DNA from: Felis catus
Taxonomy: Eukaryota
Direction of reading: 5' to 3'
Assembly: GCF_018350175.1 (NCBI RefSeq)
Contig: NC_058368.1
Span: 144,090,001 to 144,154,000 of the forward strand
DNA length: 64,000 nucleotides
Positions 39,144 through 52,534 of the stretch are shown piece by piece. The position numbers and the translations under genes are program-made. Under the pieces are notes generated by a model. The model was given only the letters and a program-made list of their open reading frames with translations, was not told where the DNA came from and did no database searches. Position 1 is the stretch's first letter. The number at the start of each line of letters is the position of its first letter.

Positions 39144-39599
39144 AAGCTTGAAGAGTAGAATTTTAATCCTAGTGACACATCATTTGATTTTCATTTCTCA
39201 CCAGCACCACCTTAGTTCAGGCCCTTATTTTACTGCTAGAACTTCAGAAATTTGTTCTTCATGTCTTCATTGTTCACACTCTACTCAGAGATGCTCTGAG
39301 TATTTCTGCTGAAGAAAGCTTTTATAAGTGCCTCTTGCAAATTAGAAACCTCCAGGGGCCTCTTACATGCAACTTTATTGAATTTTACTCTTAAAGACCA
39401 TCCCCAATGTATCCCACTCTAAAAGTCAATTCAGTGACCTTCAGTGCTTCATTTCAAAAATGCCTGCAACATCAATGGTCTCCAGACCTTCCTTAAACAG
39501 TTAATTTTAACTATTTAATATTGTTCACTAATTATGTCATACATGTTAGTTATATTTCTTCAGCTAGGTTATAAAGCCCTTCATGGTAAGGGTGCATTC

Positions 39600-39815
39600 T
39601 TTTTTTTTTTTTTCAACATTTATTTATTTTTGGGACAGAGAGAGACAGAGCATGAATGGGGGAGGGGCAGAGAGAGAGGGAGACACAGAATCAGAAACAG
39701 GCTCCAGGCTCTGAGCCATCAGCCCAGAGCCCGACGCGGGGGTCGAACTCACGGACCGTGAGATCGTGACCTGGCTGAAGTCAGACGCTTAACCGACTGC
39801 GCCACCCAGGCGCCC
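39600..39815 (-). mobile_element. Young feline CanSINE
   Basis: TSD AAGGGTGCATTCTT. Confidence 0.95.
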
Positions 39816-39979
39816 CAAGGGTGCATTCTTAACTGTCCTTTATAGTATGTGGCTTAGTCTTGAGCAAGGTATTCAGAAAAATACGTACTTCTTTCATTTA
39901 TTAAAAAGAAACTTACTAATGAATGTCCTAAGATATGTAATTTGCCTTGGTTTATCAGCCATTTTCTCCCAGAAGATAA

Positions 39980-40210
39980 AGTGGTATATAGTGAAAATAT
40001 AATTTTGAATTCAGATAGACTTCCCTTATAGCCCCACCTCTGTCCCTTACTAGCTATAGATTTTTGGAAATATTTAACCTCATTGAATCTTGATTTCCTT
40101 ATCTATAAAATGGAAGGAAAATGAGGATTTTCTTGTAGTTGTTATGAAGATTGAGATTCATGTAATAGAGGATCTAGCTCAATGCTCAACGCATAGTAAG
40201 TACTCAACAG
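39980..40210. mobile_element. MIR SINE
   Basis: MIR core 'tttaacctcattgaatcttgatttccttatctataaaatgg...gcatagtaagtactcaa'. Confidence 0.7.
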
Positions 40211-40698
40211 ACAAGGTTAGTTCCCTTCTTCTAGACTTGTCATATGATCATATCCATTGTAGATAAATACAGTGAGGAGTATAACATGAAACATTGTAGA
40301 CATAGAAGTATTTAAAGAAGACAATTATATTTCCACTTTAAATTTTAGCTCCAACTAAATACAGTCCTATTTGTCAAATAATATCTAAAACTTCACTTTC
40401 TATGGTTGTTTGCCAAAAACAAAAGATAAAATTTTATAATTACAAAATTTTAACAATTGGAACAAAGAATAATTTAAAATTATAATAAAAAGTAAAGCTT
40501 AGTTTACAAATTTTCTAAATGAACTGTATTTCAGTGAGGTTTTAAATAAAATTTCATTTGTCCAGAAGATTATTTTTGCTACTTGATTATTTGACCCTTG
40601 ATAATAGTTTTAAAAATATTAATCTTAAGGCAAAATTCTTTTATTTTGAGAAATTTATCAGCTGAGTATCACTTAGATTAAGATTTAAAGCTGTATTT

Positions 40699-41327
40699 AC
40701 TCTCAACAATAGCCAAAGTATGGAAAGAGCCCAAATATCCATTGATGGATGAATGGATAAAGAAGATGTGGTTTGTATACAAATGGAGTATTATTTGGCA
40801 ATCAAAAAGAATGAAATCTTGCCATTTGCAACTACGTGGATGGAACTGGAGGGTATTATGCTAAGTAAAATTAGTCAGTCAGAGAAAGACAAAAATCATA
40901 TGACTTCACTCATATGAGGACTCTAAGAGACAAAACAGATGAATATAAGGGAAGGGAAACAAAAATAATATAAAAACAGGGAGGGGGACAAAACAGAAGA
41001 GACCCATAAATATGGAGAACAAACTGAGGGTTACTGGAGGGGTTGTAGGGGGGGGGATGGGTTAAATGGGTAAGGGCACTAAGGAATCTACTCCTGAAAT
41101 CATTGTTGCACTATATGCTAATTTGGATGTAAATTAAAAATAAAATAAAATAAAATAAAAGAAGTTTTGAAAAGACAAACAAAACAAAACAAATAAAGAA
41201 TTCATCAGTTGCCTTATAGAGTCAAGGTACAAATTCTAATTCATCTTTATATCCTAATTTTAAAAAATGGAAATTTTATAAATGATACTTTTAATGATAT
41301 AATAAAAAATGTTGAAAGACTAAAAAA
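40699..41327 (+). mobile_element. 5'-truncated carnivore L1 carrying a 3' transduction
   Basis: L1 3' end to ~41135, (AAAAT)n tail, non-L1 segment, AATAAA at 41301, A8. 19-bp TSD 40680-40698 / 41328-41346 (one mismatch). Confidence 0.85.
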
Positions 41328-41716
41328 AAGATTTAGAGCTGTATTTTAAATTGTTTTTGGGAACAAAAATATATAAGGGAATTATAAAATGTATGCTGTT
41401 GAAAATAAATTATTAGTGGATATTCACATGGAAAAAAAATAACTTTAATCCCTACTTCATACCATACACAAATAATAATTTGACTTGAATCTTAGGTCCA
41501 AATGTGAAAACTAAAATTAAGGATTTAGAAGAGAATGAAGGAGAATGTTTTCGTGACTTTGGAGTAGGCAACAATTTCTTTTTTTAATTACAGCTTTGTA
41601 GAGGTATAATTGACATATAAAATTGTCAGATGTTCCCAATTTTTTTCCTATTTCCCCCACATCCAAGGCAATGATGTCTCATAACACAACACTAATCATA
41701 AAAGAAAAAATTGATT

Positions 41717-42951
41717 GGGGTGCCTGGGTGACTTATTTTGTTGAGTGTCTGACTTCAGCTCAAGTTGTGATCTCAGGGTTCCTGAGTTAGAGCCCTGAAT
41801 GGGCCTCGTTACCATCAGCACAAGGCCTGCTGCGGGTCCTCTGTCTCCCTCTTTCTTCTCCCCTCCCCTGCTCAAGGTCTCTCTCAAAAATAAATAAAAC
41901 ATTAAAAAAAAGAAAAAAATGGGTTAATAGGCTTTATCAAAATTTAACACTTCTCATGAAAAGACTCCATTAATACCTATCTGACAAAGGTCTCATACTC
42001 AGAATCTTTGGAGAACTCCTATAAACTAATTCTTAAAAAGAAGCTAAACAACTCAATTAAAAATGGGCAAAAGAACAGACACTTCATAACTTAGTTAATA
42101 AACAATAATTATAGGGGCACCTGGGTGGCTCAGTGGGTAAGCGGCCGACTTCGGCTCAGGTGATGATCTCGCAGTCCGTGAGTTCTAGCACCGCGTCGGG
42201 CTCTGTGCTGACAGCTCAGAGCCTGGAGCCTGCTTCAGATTCTGTGTCTCCCTCTCTCTGACCCTGCCCTGTTCATGCTCTGTCTCTCTCTGTCTCAAAA
42301 ATAAGTAAACATTAAAAATAAATAAATAAATAAATAAATAAACAAACAAATAAATAATTATAAAAAGGCCTTAATGTAGGAGAATGCAATACAATACTAT
42401 ATGAATAGTGAGACTCTACATTTATCAATATGGAAAGATGTTATCTTGCAGGCTGCAAAACAGATGTTTGGTATCCTATTTATGTAAAGTTATATGACAT
42501 TATATGCATTTGTATACATAGGAAAATATTTGGGAAGAAGTTCCCAGACACAAAATATGTATAACTTATTTTTCCCCTCCAGGTTCTCAAGTCTAATGTT
42601 TGGTGTTGAGAACTCATGGCATCCAAGGGCTATTTCCCAAGTTTGGCAGAGCAATCCTGGTCCTAGAAGAGACTTTGGTACGAGATCCAATTGTTCAAAA
42701 AAAAAATCAGAGCTTTGAAAAGTATGGTTGAGGGGCGCTTGGGTGGCTTAGTCAGTTAAGCATCCAACTTTGGTTCAGGTCATGATCTCATGGTTCGTGA
42801 GTTGAAGCCCCACATTGGGCTCCATGCTGACAGCTCAGAGCCTGGAGCCTGCTTTGGATTCTGTGTTTCCCTCTCTCTCTGCCTACCCCTGCTCACATTC
42901 TGTCTTTCTCTCTCTCAAAAATAAACACTAAAAAAAAAAAAAAAAAAAAAA
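41717..42951 (+). mobile_element. Three sense CanSINEs (~41717-41915, 42113-42352, 42731-42951) within degraded L1
   Basis: SINE heads and tails; TSDs such as AAAAGTATGGTTGA. Confidence 0.85.
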
Positions 42952-43569
42952 GTATGGTTGATATGGCCCTGTAAAAGTGATGTCATTACTAATTAGTCAG
43001 ATATATACTCATTTACCAAGTGGGAAATTGTTAAAGATTATTTACAACAGATTGCTTACTTGCTTGTTTGTTGGAGTCAAAATCTTGGGGTTTTTCCTTG
43101 TAATTATAAAAATTAAGTACCTAGTGAATATATAGAAAAATGCCCTCTCATCTTGAAATTTAAGGTATGAGCCTGCCTAGTAAGAGCCTACAATCTGCTT
43201 ATAATAATAAATCCGTGAATCAATGCAAGGAAAAGTTCACTGATAGAAAGATGAAGATAGTAGCACTGAAGAACTTTTTATCTAGAAAATGGGAGTATAA
43301 TGAATGAATGAAACCAAGACCACCTGATAACCGGGTCTTGGAAGAAGCCGGGCAGGATCTAGGAGTTCTTGGGACCTCAGCAGCAGGAGCTCAGGGTCTT
43401 TGTTCTAGTGTCCAGTGTACCACACCAGTGTCATTCTTTTACTTGTGACTGTGATTGCTTCTCTCCCTTCTTTGTATCTAACATCCTTTGGGCAAGGACC
43501 TCGATTTGTCCAGTCACTTGTGTCTTCAGAGCTTAGTAGGAATACTGAGAGGAAGGAAGAGGCGGGCAT

Positions 43570-44230
43570 TTAATTGATGTCTGATGGACTGAAGCTGTGC
43601 AAATAATTCAGAAATGATTTCTGCCTCAAGGATCTTAAAATCTAGGAAGAGAGATCTGTAGACAATAAGTTGGATATTTGCTGTAACTCCTCTGATGGGA
43701 CTATACACCAGGTTGTGGCAACAGCATTTTGTTCTAATTGAGAGAAAACACTTAAAGGTGTGTCTTGAATGAGTAAGATTCACTAGGTAGAGTAAGAGAG
43801 GGAAGGGTCTTTCAGACAGAGGCACACGCGCAGAGGAACTCTAAGTGAGGGAAGAGACTTATCTGACCTGTTCAAAAAGTTTATAAAGACACCATACTAT
43901 GAGGCTGGGCACTGAGGCAGGGGCCAGATTCATTTTCTGAGCCAAGGAGCTGGCTCCTTTTCTCTTAGGCCATAGGAATCATTCATTGCACCATTTTAAG
44001 TAGGGGAGCTTTAATACCGGTTTTGAGTGTTAGAAAGGTGTTTATAATGGCATGAGAAGAAGATTTGGAATTCTTGAAGTTAAGGGAGATGAAGCCCTGA
44101 ATTAAGGTGGTAGCAAAAGCAGATGGAAATGCTCAAGAAACAGGGGAAAGAGGTTACAAAGGGAGAACTTGTAAGAGTTTTTAAGCTCGTTGAATGGAGA
44201 GTATGGGAGAGAGGGAAGAATCTAGCGAAT
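43570..44230. mobile_element. Probable L2 remnant
   Basis: L2-like text 'ctgcctcaaggatcttaaaatctagg...gtcttgaatgagtaagattcactagg...ccataggaatcatt'. Confidence 0.55.
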
Positions 44231-45369
44231 CTATATTTTAATTAAAACAAATTTTTAATGTTTATTTTTGAGAGAGAGAGACAGAGTGTGAGCAGGGGAG
44301 GGGCATAGAGAGAGAGGGAGACACAGAACCCGAAGCAGGCTCTACGCTCTGAGCTGTCAGCTCAGAACCCCACTCAGGGCTTGAATCCGTGAATCATGAG
44401 ATCATGACCTGAGCCGAAGTTGGATGCTTAACTGACTGAGCCACTCAGGCACACTGTGAATATATTGTTTGCTAGGTAACAGAAGGTCAAGTGGTGCTAC
44501 TAACCCAAACAAGATAGGACAGAGGCCACGTGTAACTATACTTTTCAGTTATTTGTTGATATTGCTCTTTTATACCAACTTGGAAAGAACGCTTGAAAAC
44601 CCCATCTGCCTGTCCCTTAACTCACTCTCCTCCTACTCTAACTTTAGAAAGGATGCTCTTTTTTTTTTTTTTTTAACTGGACCAGTTTCTTAAAGACTCT
44701 CTAAGTAATTGCTACTTTACTACATATTTTAATTATTCCATAATTTTCAATAATATAACTATTTCCACAGTCCCACCATCAGTGAAGAGAGAAAACAGGG
44801 CTTGAAAGGGGCCCACTCAGCCTCCTGCCCTGTAGGGAGGTTCTTGTTTCTATGCTTCTGCCTAAGAAAGGAATCAGTCTGACGAAATCTGGTGGCTGAA
44901 CTCTTCTGGGCTTGCTTGCCACTACAGAATGTTCATTAAGGCTGGTCATTGCCTTTTTCTTTATGTTTTCCTTGGGATGAAGGAATGTAATAAGAGTTTG
45001 AAAATCTTAACCAAAATATTGATTGTGAGAGTCTTTTGCTACTTTGTGAATTCAAGAGATGATCAAAAACTCTGGATTAAAGTAGAGAGCCATGACCTCT
45101 TCACAGAGCCTATTGAGCTCAGCCCCTAAACCAAGGTTTTTTAAGGAGTCTTTCATGACTTCCCCAGGCAGACCTGTGGGCTTTCTCCTGAGGTACCTTC
45201 TCTGCTGGATTATAATTATTTTATAGGTTTGTGTTTTGTTCTCAGCTGTGTTGTTTTAGAGGAAGAAATTATTCATTTTTATATGATGTCTGGTCAGAAT
45301 AGGCCCCTAACAAATGGGATGGATGGATGGATGGACGGGTAACACAAAACCTCAGTAATTTTCTTAGAC

Positions 45370-46650
45370 CGGTTATTCTTACAGTGTGGCGCACAAACCC
45401 CTCAGTGCCCCTGAGACCCTTTCAGGAGATTCATGAGGTCAAAACCATTTGTGAAATTGTTATTATTTCACACACAAAAAACAGGATTTGCCTGTTTCGT
45501 GTAAATACGATTATGTTGGAAAAACAATGGTGGGTGAAACTGTTGATGTCTTAGTATAAATCAAGTTCATGGCATCAGTTAGCAATCATATTCTCCACTG
45601 CCACACACTCACATTAGAAAGGAAAAAAAAAAAGACTTAGAAGTATCATCAATGATTCAGCAAAAATTATTATTGAACATTTATTAACATCTTGCCTCTT
45701 TAATGTAGTCTGTGTGACAAAATGGGAGGTAAACACAGAATAGTTCTGGTGTATACGGAAATTCAGTGGTTGTCCTAAAGAAAGCGCATGTTGCAAACAG
45801 AGCTAGTCATTTTTTTTCATGGGAAAAATATTTCCTGGAAAGAACAACTGACAGACTAATTATTCAGTCTTGGGTATTTGGCAAATATTTTCTCAAAAAT
45901 GAACAAAGCAAGTTTGTCACTTCGAGGAAAACAACTGACAGTATCTGTTGCCAGTTACAAAACCTGAGCTTTTACATGAAAAATTAGAATTTGAATAAAC
46001 TTGAATCCATCATTGTGAACTTGACAATTCCCAATGCTTAAAGACTTTTTTTCTGATATCAGTGGCAATATTAATAAATGTTATTTTTAATGTAATTTAA
46101 TATAACATAATGTATTATAATAAAATGTGTCAATATTTGGAAGATCTGAATAACTCAAAGATTCATTATTTTCCAAATGACTAGTCCATGATATTATAAA
46201 ACCTTGCATGAGTAGGGAATCCATTCAAATTGCAAGATAGTACAGTGAATATAGTGTAATAGAATATGAAAATTCATTGATGTAGTTTCAGATTCCACAT
46301 TATAGCTAAACTTTTAAGAAACTACCACTTACCCAAGTTTAAGTATAGAATCAAAGAAGACTATCCACAATTATCTGAAAAGCCCATTATTTCTTCCTTT
46401 TACAATTATACATTTGTGTCAAGCCATATTTTCTTCATATGTTTCAACTAAAACAACATATTATAACAGATTGAATGCAGAAACAGGACAATCCAGCTGT
46501 TTTCTATTAAGCCAAGGATTAAAGGGATTTGTGAAACCATAAAACAATACCACTCTTTTCACTAAGTATATTTTGGAAAATATATTTATTCTAACATGAA
46601 TGGGTTTGTTGTTATTTTAAAAGAATTAGCATTTTTAAAGTTTTCCAGGT
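45370..46650. mobile_element. hAT-Charlie (Charlie1-like) DNA transposon remnant
   Basis: 'cctgagaccctttcaggagattcatgaggtcaaaac', 'ccacattatagctaaacttttaagaaactaccactt', 'aacagattgaatgcagaa'; no intact transposase ORF. Confidence 0.75.
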
Positions 46651-47101
46651 TTTTTTTTTTTATTTTTTTTTTTAACGTTTATTTACCTTTGAGACAGAGA
46701 GAGACAGAGCATGAATGGGGGAGGGTCAGAGAGAGAGGGAGACACAGAATCAGAAGCAGGCTCCAGGCTCTGAGCCGTCAGCCCAGAGCCCGACGCGGGG
46801 CTCGAACTCACGGACCGCGAGATCGTGACCTGAGCCGAAGTCGGACGCTCAACCGACTGAGCCACCCAGGCGCCCCTAGTTTTCCAGGTTTTTAAAAAAT
46901 GTTTATTTTATTTTGAGAGAGAGAAAGAGAATGCATGAGCTGGGGAGGGGCAGAGAGAGAGAGGAGAGAGAGACTCCTAAGCAGGCTCTGTTTTGTGATC
47001 CCAGAGCCCAACGTGGGACTCAGTCTCAGAAACTGCCAGATCATGACCTGAGCCAAAATCAAGAGTTGGATGCTCAACTGACCGAGCCACCCAGGCGTCC
47101 C
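46650..47101 (-). mobile_element. Two tandem antisense CanSINEs (~46650-46876, 46890-47101)
   Basis: TSD AGTTTTCCAGGTTTTT around the younger copy. Confidence 0.9.
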
Positions 47102-48504
47102 AAATTCTCCATATTAATAGGACTCAAAGTTGCAGGTACAGAATAGCAATTTTTTGTTTTGAAATTGGTAAGAAGAACCTTTGGAAAGTGTTTTTGCCTG
47201 ACAATCAAAATTTAAATTTCTGCCACTATAACCAATACTTATTGAATATGAAAATAAAACTAAGAAGTCATGTATGTGATTGAAGTCCAAAAATGTAACT
47301 AAGTTCAATCATTAATTTCAACTTTTCCCACTGAATCTAGAATTGTTAATACACAGACTGTCTCAATCTTTAAAAAGACTTTAAAGATTTTTCATTAAAA
47401 TGAATCTCATTAAATCTCTGATGAACATCCATCCTCTGCCTGTTTCCAAAAAAATGTGATTCATATCTTCCTTGGACAGAGTTTTCCGTAGATAAACTGC
47501 TCTAGGAACTAAAGCGTTAATATATTTCTGTGACTTGAATTTTCTGGTGCCAGTTTATCTTAATTTGGAGGATTCTGGACTAAGTCAGTGTTTCAGTCCC
47601 TTCTGTATTTAAGATCAGCTATTTAATCTCAATTGAGTCTTTTATCTTCTGGCTAAATGATGTCAATTCTTTCACCTCTTTTAACGTTTTTTTCCCTAGA
47701 TTTTTTATTATCTTTATCTTCTTACATATATATTGTATGATGTGCTATCTAGAATTAAAAAACTATTTCAGATTTGCTCTACCAGTAGTAAGATTCACTA
47801 GTAGAAACTGGTTAATCTTTTAACAATATAGTCTTAGCTCTGTTAGGAGTCCTGACAAACTTGTTAACTTAGTATCTAACTAAAACTCTTAGAGTTTTTC
47901 CATGTAAATTATTGATTTTCTAATCTTAAGCAATTGATTTTTAAAACCTAAATGTAGCCTACTCATGATCCTTATACTTTGATCCAATGTTTCAGCTAAT
48001 TGAAATTCTTTTAAATTGTTTTTGTTGTGATTTGTTGTGTTAGCTACTCTTGCCAGATTTTCCTCTCCTGGCCTTCCCTTTAAGAAGTGTAGACATTCAG
48101 GGGGGCCTGGCTGGCTTAGTCAGGGGTTGGGGGGATAGTGTGTGTCTCTTGATCTCGGGGTCATGAGTTTGAGCCCCACAATGGGTGTAGAGATTACTTA
48201 AATAAATAAATAAACTTAAAAAAAAAAGAATTGTAGACATTCAAAGAAGGTATACAAGGAGATAGGATGTCACCATGGGAAGGCCAATGGGCAGCTCCAG
48301 TAAATTTAGTGGATTTACTATCGTCCAGATCTGGTCCTCTTATCTTGGAGACTTAGAAATGACTTAGAAATGTGACTTAGAGCTAAGGAATATTGGCACT
48401 AAACAAGGCTATATAAACTTAACTATTATTTTATTTAGAATCATGACTTCCAAGAAGACTGTGCCTTCTTGTTTTAAAATGTAGGTTTTATTACTATTCA
48501 CATA

Positions 48505-49086
48505 TGTTGAAGCCAAGAGATCAGGAGACAGTTGTACTGAAAAATGTAGTTTGTTACTTAAAATTCCCAAGAGGAGGCAAGCGTTCTACATCACATAGGG
48601 CCAATGTGGGAAAGTACCAGGGTCTGCCTGGAGGCAGAGTAGTAAGGGGAAAACTTGGGAAAGACCCTTCATTATGGTTTCTGTAAGAATGAATGAGGCA
48701 GGGTAAGCAGGCTTAGGATTGGCTAGTTTGAATAATTTTGGTGGTTTCTGAGGTGTAGGAGCTGTCTCTGGTTGTTTGGTACCTGATCCTGGCTTGATTA
48801 GGGCAGGCGGGTAGTTGCCTTGAGTGAGAGAGCCCTGTGAGAGCCTGATAAAGGAGTTATTTGGAGTATATGGATTCTGGATTGGTTGGTTTGCATACAT
48901 AATTGCATTGTGTATGCATTGCATACATAATGCATACATTGGTTGGTTTGCCACATTCTGTGGCAAGTTATTTTCTATCTCTAGGAATTAGCTAACCTTG
49001 GGAGGGGCAGTCCATCCACTGTCAACAAGGCCCTAAGATATCAAAGCATCAGAAAATAAACAAAATTAAAAAACATGATTAATACA
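48505..49086 (-). mobile_element. Ancient solo LTR (MER74-like, ERVL)
   Basis: TG...CA ends; the - strand begins 'tgtattaatcatgtttttt...ctgatgctttgatatcttagggccttgttgac...gactgcccctcccaaggttagctaattcctagagatag'. Family name is from memory. Confidence 0.65.
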
Positions 49087-49114
49087 ATTATCATCCTGAC
49101 AAGTTAATTTCTTC

Positions 49115-49872
49115 CTTTATTTAAAAAAATGTGTATTTATTTATTTTGAGAGAGAGAGTGTGTGCATGTATGCAAGCAGGGGAGGGGCAGAGAGGGAGAG
49201 AGAGAGTCCCAACCAGGCTCTACACTGTCAGCACAGTGCCCTACTTGGGGCTCCATCTCACAAACCATAAGATCATGACTTGAGCCAAAATCAAGAGTCA
49301 GACGTTTATTTTTTTTTTTTCAAAAAAAAATTTTTTTAACGTTTATTTATTTTGGAGACGGAGAGAGACAGAGCATGAACGGGGGAGGGTCAGAGAGAGG
49401 GGGAGACACAGAATTCGAAACAGGCTCCAGGCTCTGAGCTGTCAGCACAGAGCCCGACACGGGGCTCGAACTCACGGACCGCGAGATCATGACCTGAGCC
49501 AAAGTCAGCCGCTTAACCGACTGAGCCACCCAGGTGCCCCAAGAGTCAGACACTTAACTGAGTCATCCAGGTGCCCCATTTTTTTTGCCATTCTTCCCTT
49601 TAAACAAGCTACATGGGAATCAAATTATTAGAAGGTTACATAGTGAATTTTTTTTTAATTTTTTTTTCAACATTTATTTATTTTTTGGGGGACAGAGAGA
49701 GACAGAGCATGAACGGGGGAGGGGCAGAGAGAGAGGGAGACACAGAATCGGAAACAGGCTCCAGGCTCTGAGCCATCAGCCCAGAGCCTGACGCGGGGCT
49801 CGAACTCACGGACGCGAGATCGTGACCGGGCTGAAGTCGGACGCTTAACCAACTGCGTCACCCAGGCGCCCC
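49115..49872 (-). mobile_element. Nested CanSINE pair (young ~49305-49540 inside an older ~49115-49577) plus a young SINE at ~49648-49872
   Basis: CAAGAGTCAGAC duplicated either side of the inner copy; ACATAGTGAAT duplicated around the third. Confidence 0.9.
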
Positions 49873-50411
49873 AACATAGTGAATATTTAAGCGGAACAAG
49901 GGTAGTTTTATCATTTGAGATTTTAAATGGTTCAGGTACTGGATAACTGATGCGTACATCTCCACCAAATATGCCAGGCAGGCGTTCACCACCTTGCCTG
50001 GACACTGCTTGGATAGGACACTGTCCCCACTTGTCTCTGTAACTAGGACTGCCCTATGTTCTCCCCAAAATTATCTTTGCTGTGAATAAGTATTAGCTGT
50101 ACTCTTTGGAAATCCTAGCCACAAGTAACTAAGAATGGTACCTGTAAAACTAATGAATGAAGTGTCATCATACCTTGAAATTAAAGTTAAATTATACTTC
50201 TACGTTAAGTTAAAATATAGCACATGTATACATATCTGATTCCTGTTGAAAACATCTGTGACTTACCATTGGGATCCCAGTGATATAGTCCACTTAATAG
50301 AGTGAAAAGTCCCATAGGATGGTTTTGCATACTAACTCAAGCAACCTTAGCCCCTAACATGTTTTTAGGATTGATGGAAGACTAAGAGCTCTTCTAATAT
50401 GGCCTTCAACA

Positions 50412-50625
50412 GGGGCACCTGGGTGGCTCAATCAGTTAAGTGTCTGACTTTGGCTGAGATCATGATCTCGCCATTCATGGGTTCCACCCAGCTTGGGGCT
50501 CTGTGCTGACAGCTCAGAACCTGGAGCCTGCTTTGGACTCTGTGTCTCCCTCTCTCCCTGTCCTTCTCCTGCTCATGCTCTGTCTGTCTCTCTCTCAAAA
50601 ACAAATAAACATTAAAAAAGTAAAA
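50412..50625 (+). mobile_element. CanSINE
   Basis: TSD-like AATATG(G/A)CCTTCAAC. Confidence 0.9.
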
Positions 50626-50830
50626 TAAATATGACCTTCAACGAACTTTAATCCTATTAAATATTTTTTGCACATTGGGATGTGAATTGCATCAGAAGTT
50701 ATTGTTTCTTAGTTTTCTATTTACCCAAAGTAACATGTGGCACAGTTTCTCCTGAGATTATGTTGAAATATTTATCATTAGTATTTGAAATAAATAAAAA
50801 GCAATGATAATCAAAATAACATTTAAAATC

Positions 50831-50836
50831 TTTATT
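50831..50836 (-). terminator. ANKRD34B: Probable ANKRD34B polyadenylation signal
   Basis: TTTATT on + (AATAAA on -) at the end of a repeat-free AT-rich block, followed on the - strand by a U-rich downstream element. Confidence 0.65.
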
Positions 50837-52534
50837 GATACCATTTTGTTTATGAACTACTCTATTTACATATTTTTCCAGACTGTATCCTTACAACTCA
50901 AAGCCAAGCACTTTTCTCAGTATTAAAACTTGCAAAAAGGGTTTAGCTACCTATAAACATCAGGTACAATTCTAAGTTCTGAATCAAAAAATATTTCTAA
51001 TGTAATTTACATTATTGTTCTTCAAAACATTAAATGGAAAACCTCCAATTATTTTTTTCAAATAAAAGCCACAAGAAATTAAATAATTACCATGTACATT
51101 ACAACTTGCTTATATCAAATTACCAAGCATCATGCCAATTGTTAGGATCTCCTCTACTAATAGGCAAAGAAATAAAGTTGTATATGACAGTCATCAAATT
51201 AATATACTCAGGTTTTATATAATTTGACTTATTCTTTGTTGTAAAACTGCTAGATTGAAATGAGGATTTTTTGTATAAACACATTTTGAAATCAGACACA
51301 TAATATAGTCATTTTGTAACATTTTATGATAGTAGCATGGTATTCATTTATTTAATTAGAAGTTATTCATAGGTCCTAAATACTATGTGACTGGAATGTC
51401 ACGCTAAGGAAATTACCCTTATTATTCTTATTATATAAATGTCTAATGATTATATATTAGAAATTAAGGATACTGTTTAATTTTGGCCGAATATTTAGTA
51501 TATTTTGTAATTAAGTTTCTACTGGCTTTCTTAATTTTAGCTAATCTAAGATAATCTAATAATCAGCTTTTCTTTTCTAAAACGAAGCAAGCATATAGTT
51601 TCTATTTGTGATAAATCCCCATTTTTTGGTTGTCCTTAGAACGACAAGAGTAATTTGATATAAGTAAAGAGGAACGCTTTTCAACCTTTTGCTTTATCTT
51701 GTTGTTGAGAACCTATATATAGGCTTTAAAAAATAATAGCAGGAATTAAAAGATATGGAGAAACAATTCCATGAAATTACATTAAAATCAAAATAAAACA
51801 AAGCAAAAAACAGCACACCAGCACTTCACATAGATTATTACTAGCTTGTAAAACTGATCTGTCACTTGGAGTTGATTAAACTGACCATACGAATATTGGC
51901 TGCCTAGTCTACTATAATAGGTTGGACTTTTTAAAATTTGAATTAGAAAAAAATTTTTAATTTTAATTAGATTTCACCTACCTGCAGTCAACATTTTTTA
52001 AGAATTAGTTCATTCTTTCTTTATGCCTTAGGCTTTGTACCTTTGGCTTATTGTTCATAGAACATTTTAATAGCTGTCCCTTTTTTTTTTATGCTTTTGG
52101 CATCATGGAAAATTACAATCTTATTTGTTGACTTTTAATGTTAAAAATATTTATTGATTTGAATGCAGTGTTTCCTAATAAAATATCTGAAAAATCTGAA
52201 AAAAATTTTAAAGTCATATCCACCACATGTGACTTTTTTTTTTTTTTGCTGATTTTTGCTTAAATTAAAAACTTGGACCATATGAAGATTGTTAAATATT
52301 AGAGGTTTTGAGAAGTATAGCTTTAATTTTGTTTGAGAGAATTTCCTTAGCAGAAACTATGTATTATTTGTGTGTCCACGGTACCTAATATGATACACAG
52401 TATATTTTGATACCTCTAACAATTATTGACTAACCAATTATAAGATTTTAAAAGATGAACATTTGAGGTTTATTTTCTGGTTCTATATTTCTCTGATGTA
52501 GACATTTGGACAAAATGTGCTTTCTAGTCATCTC

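Noticed and set aside
38500..39165. Possible third, very short 3' transduction on the antisense L1 (extra ~20 nt plus a second T-run)
   Set aside because: The candidate TSDs match at only about 13/17 positions in AT-rich DNA, which is too weak to call.
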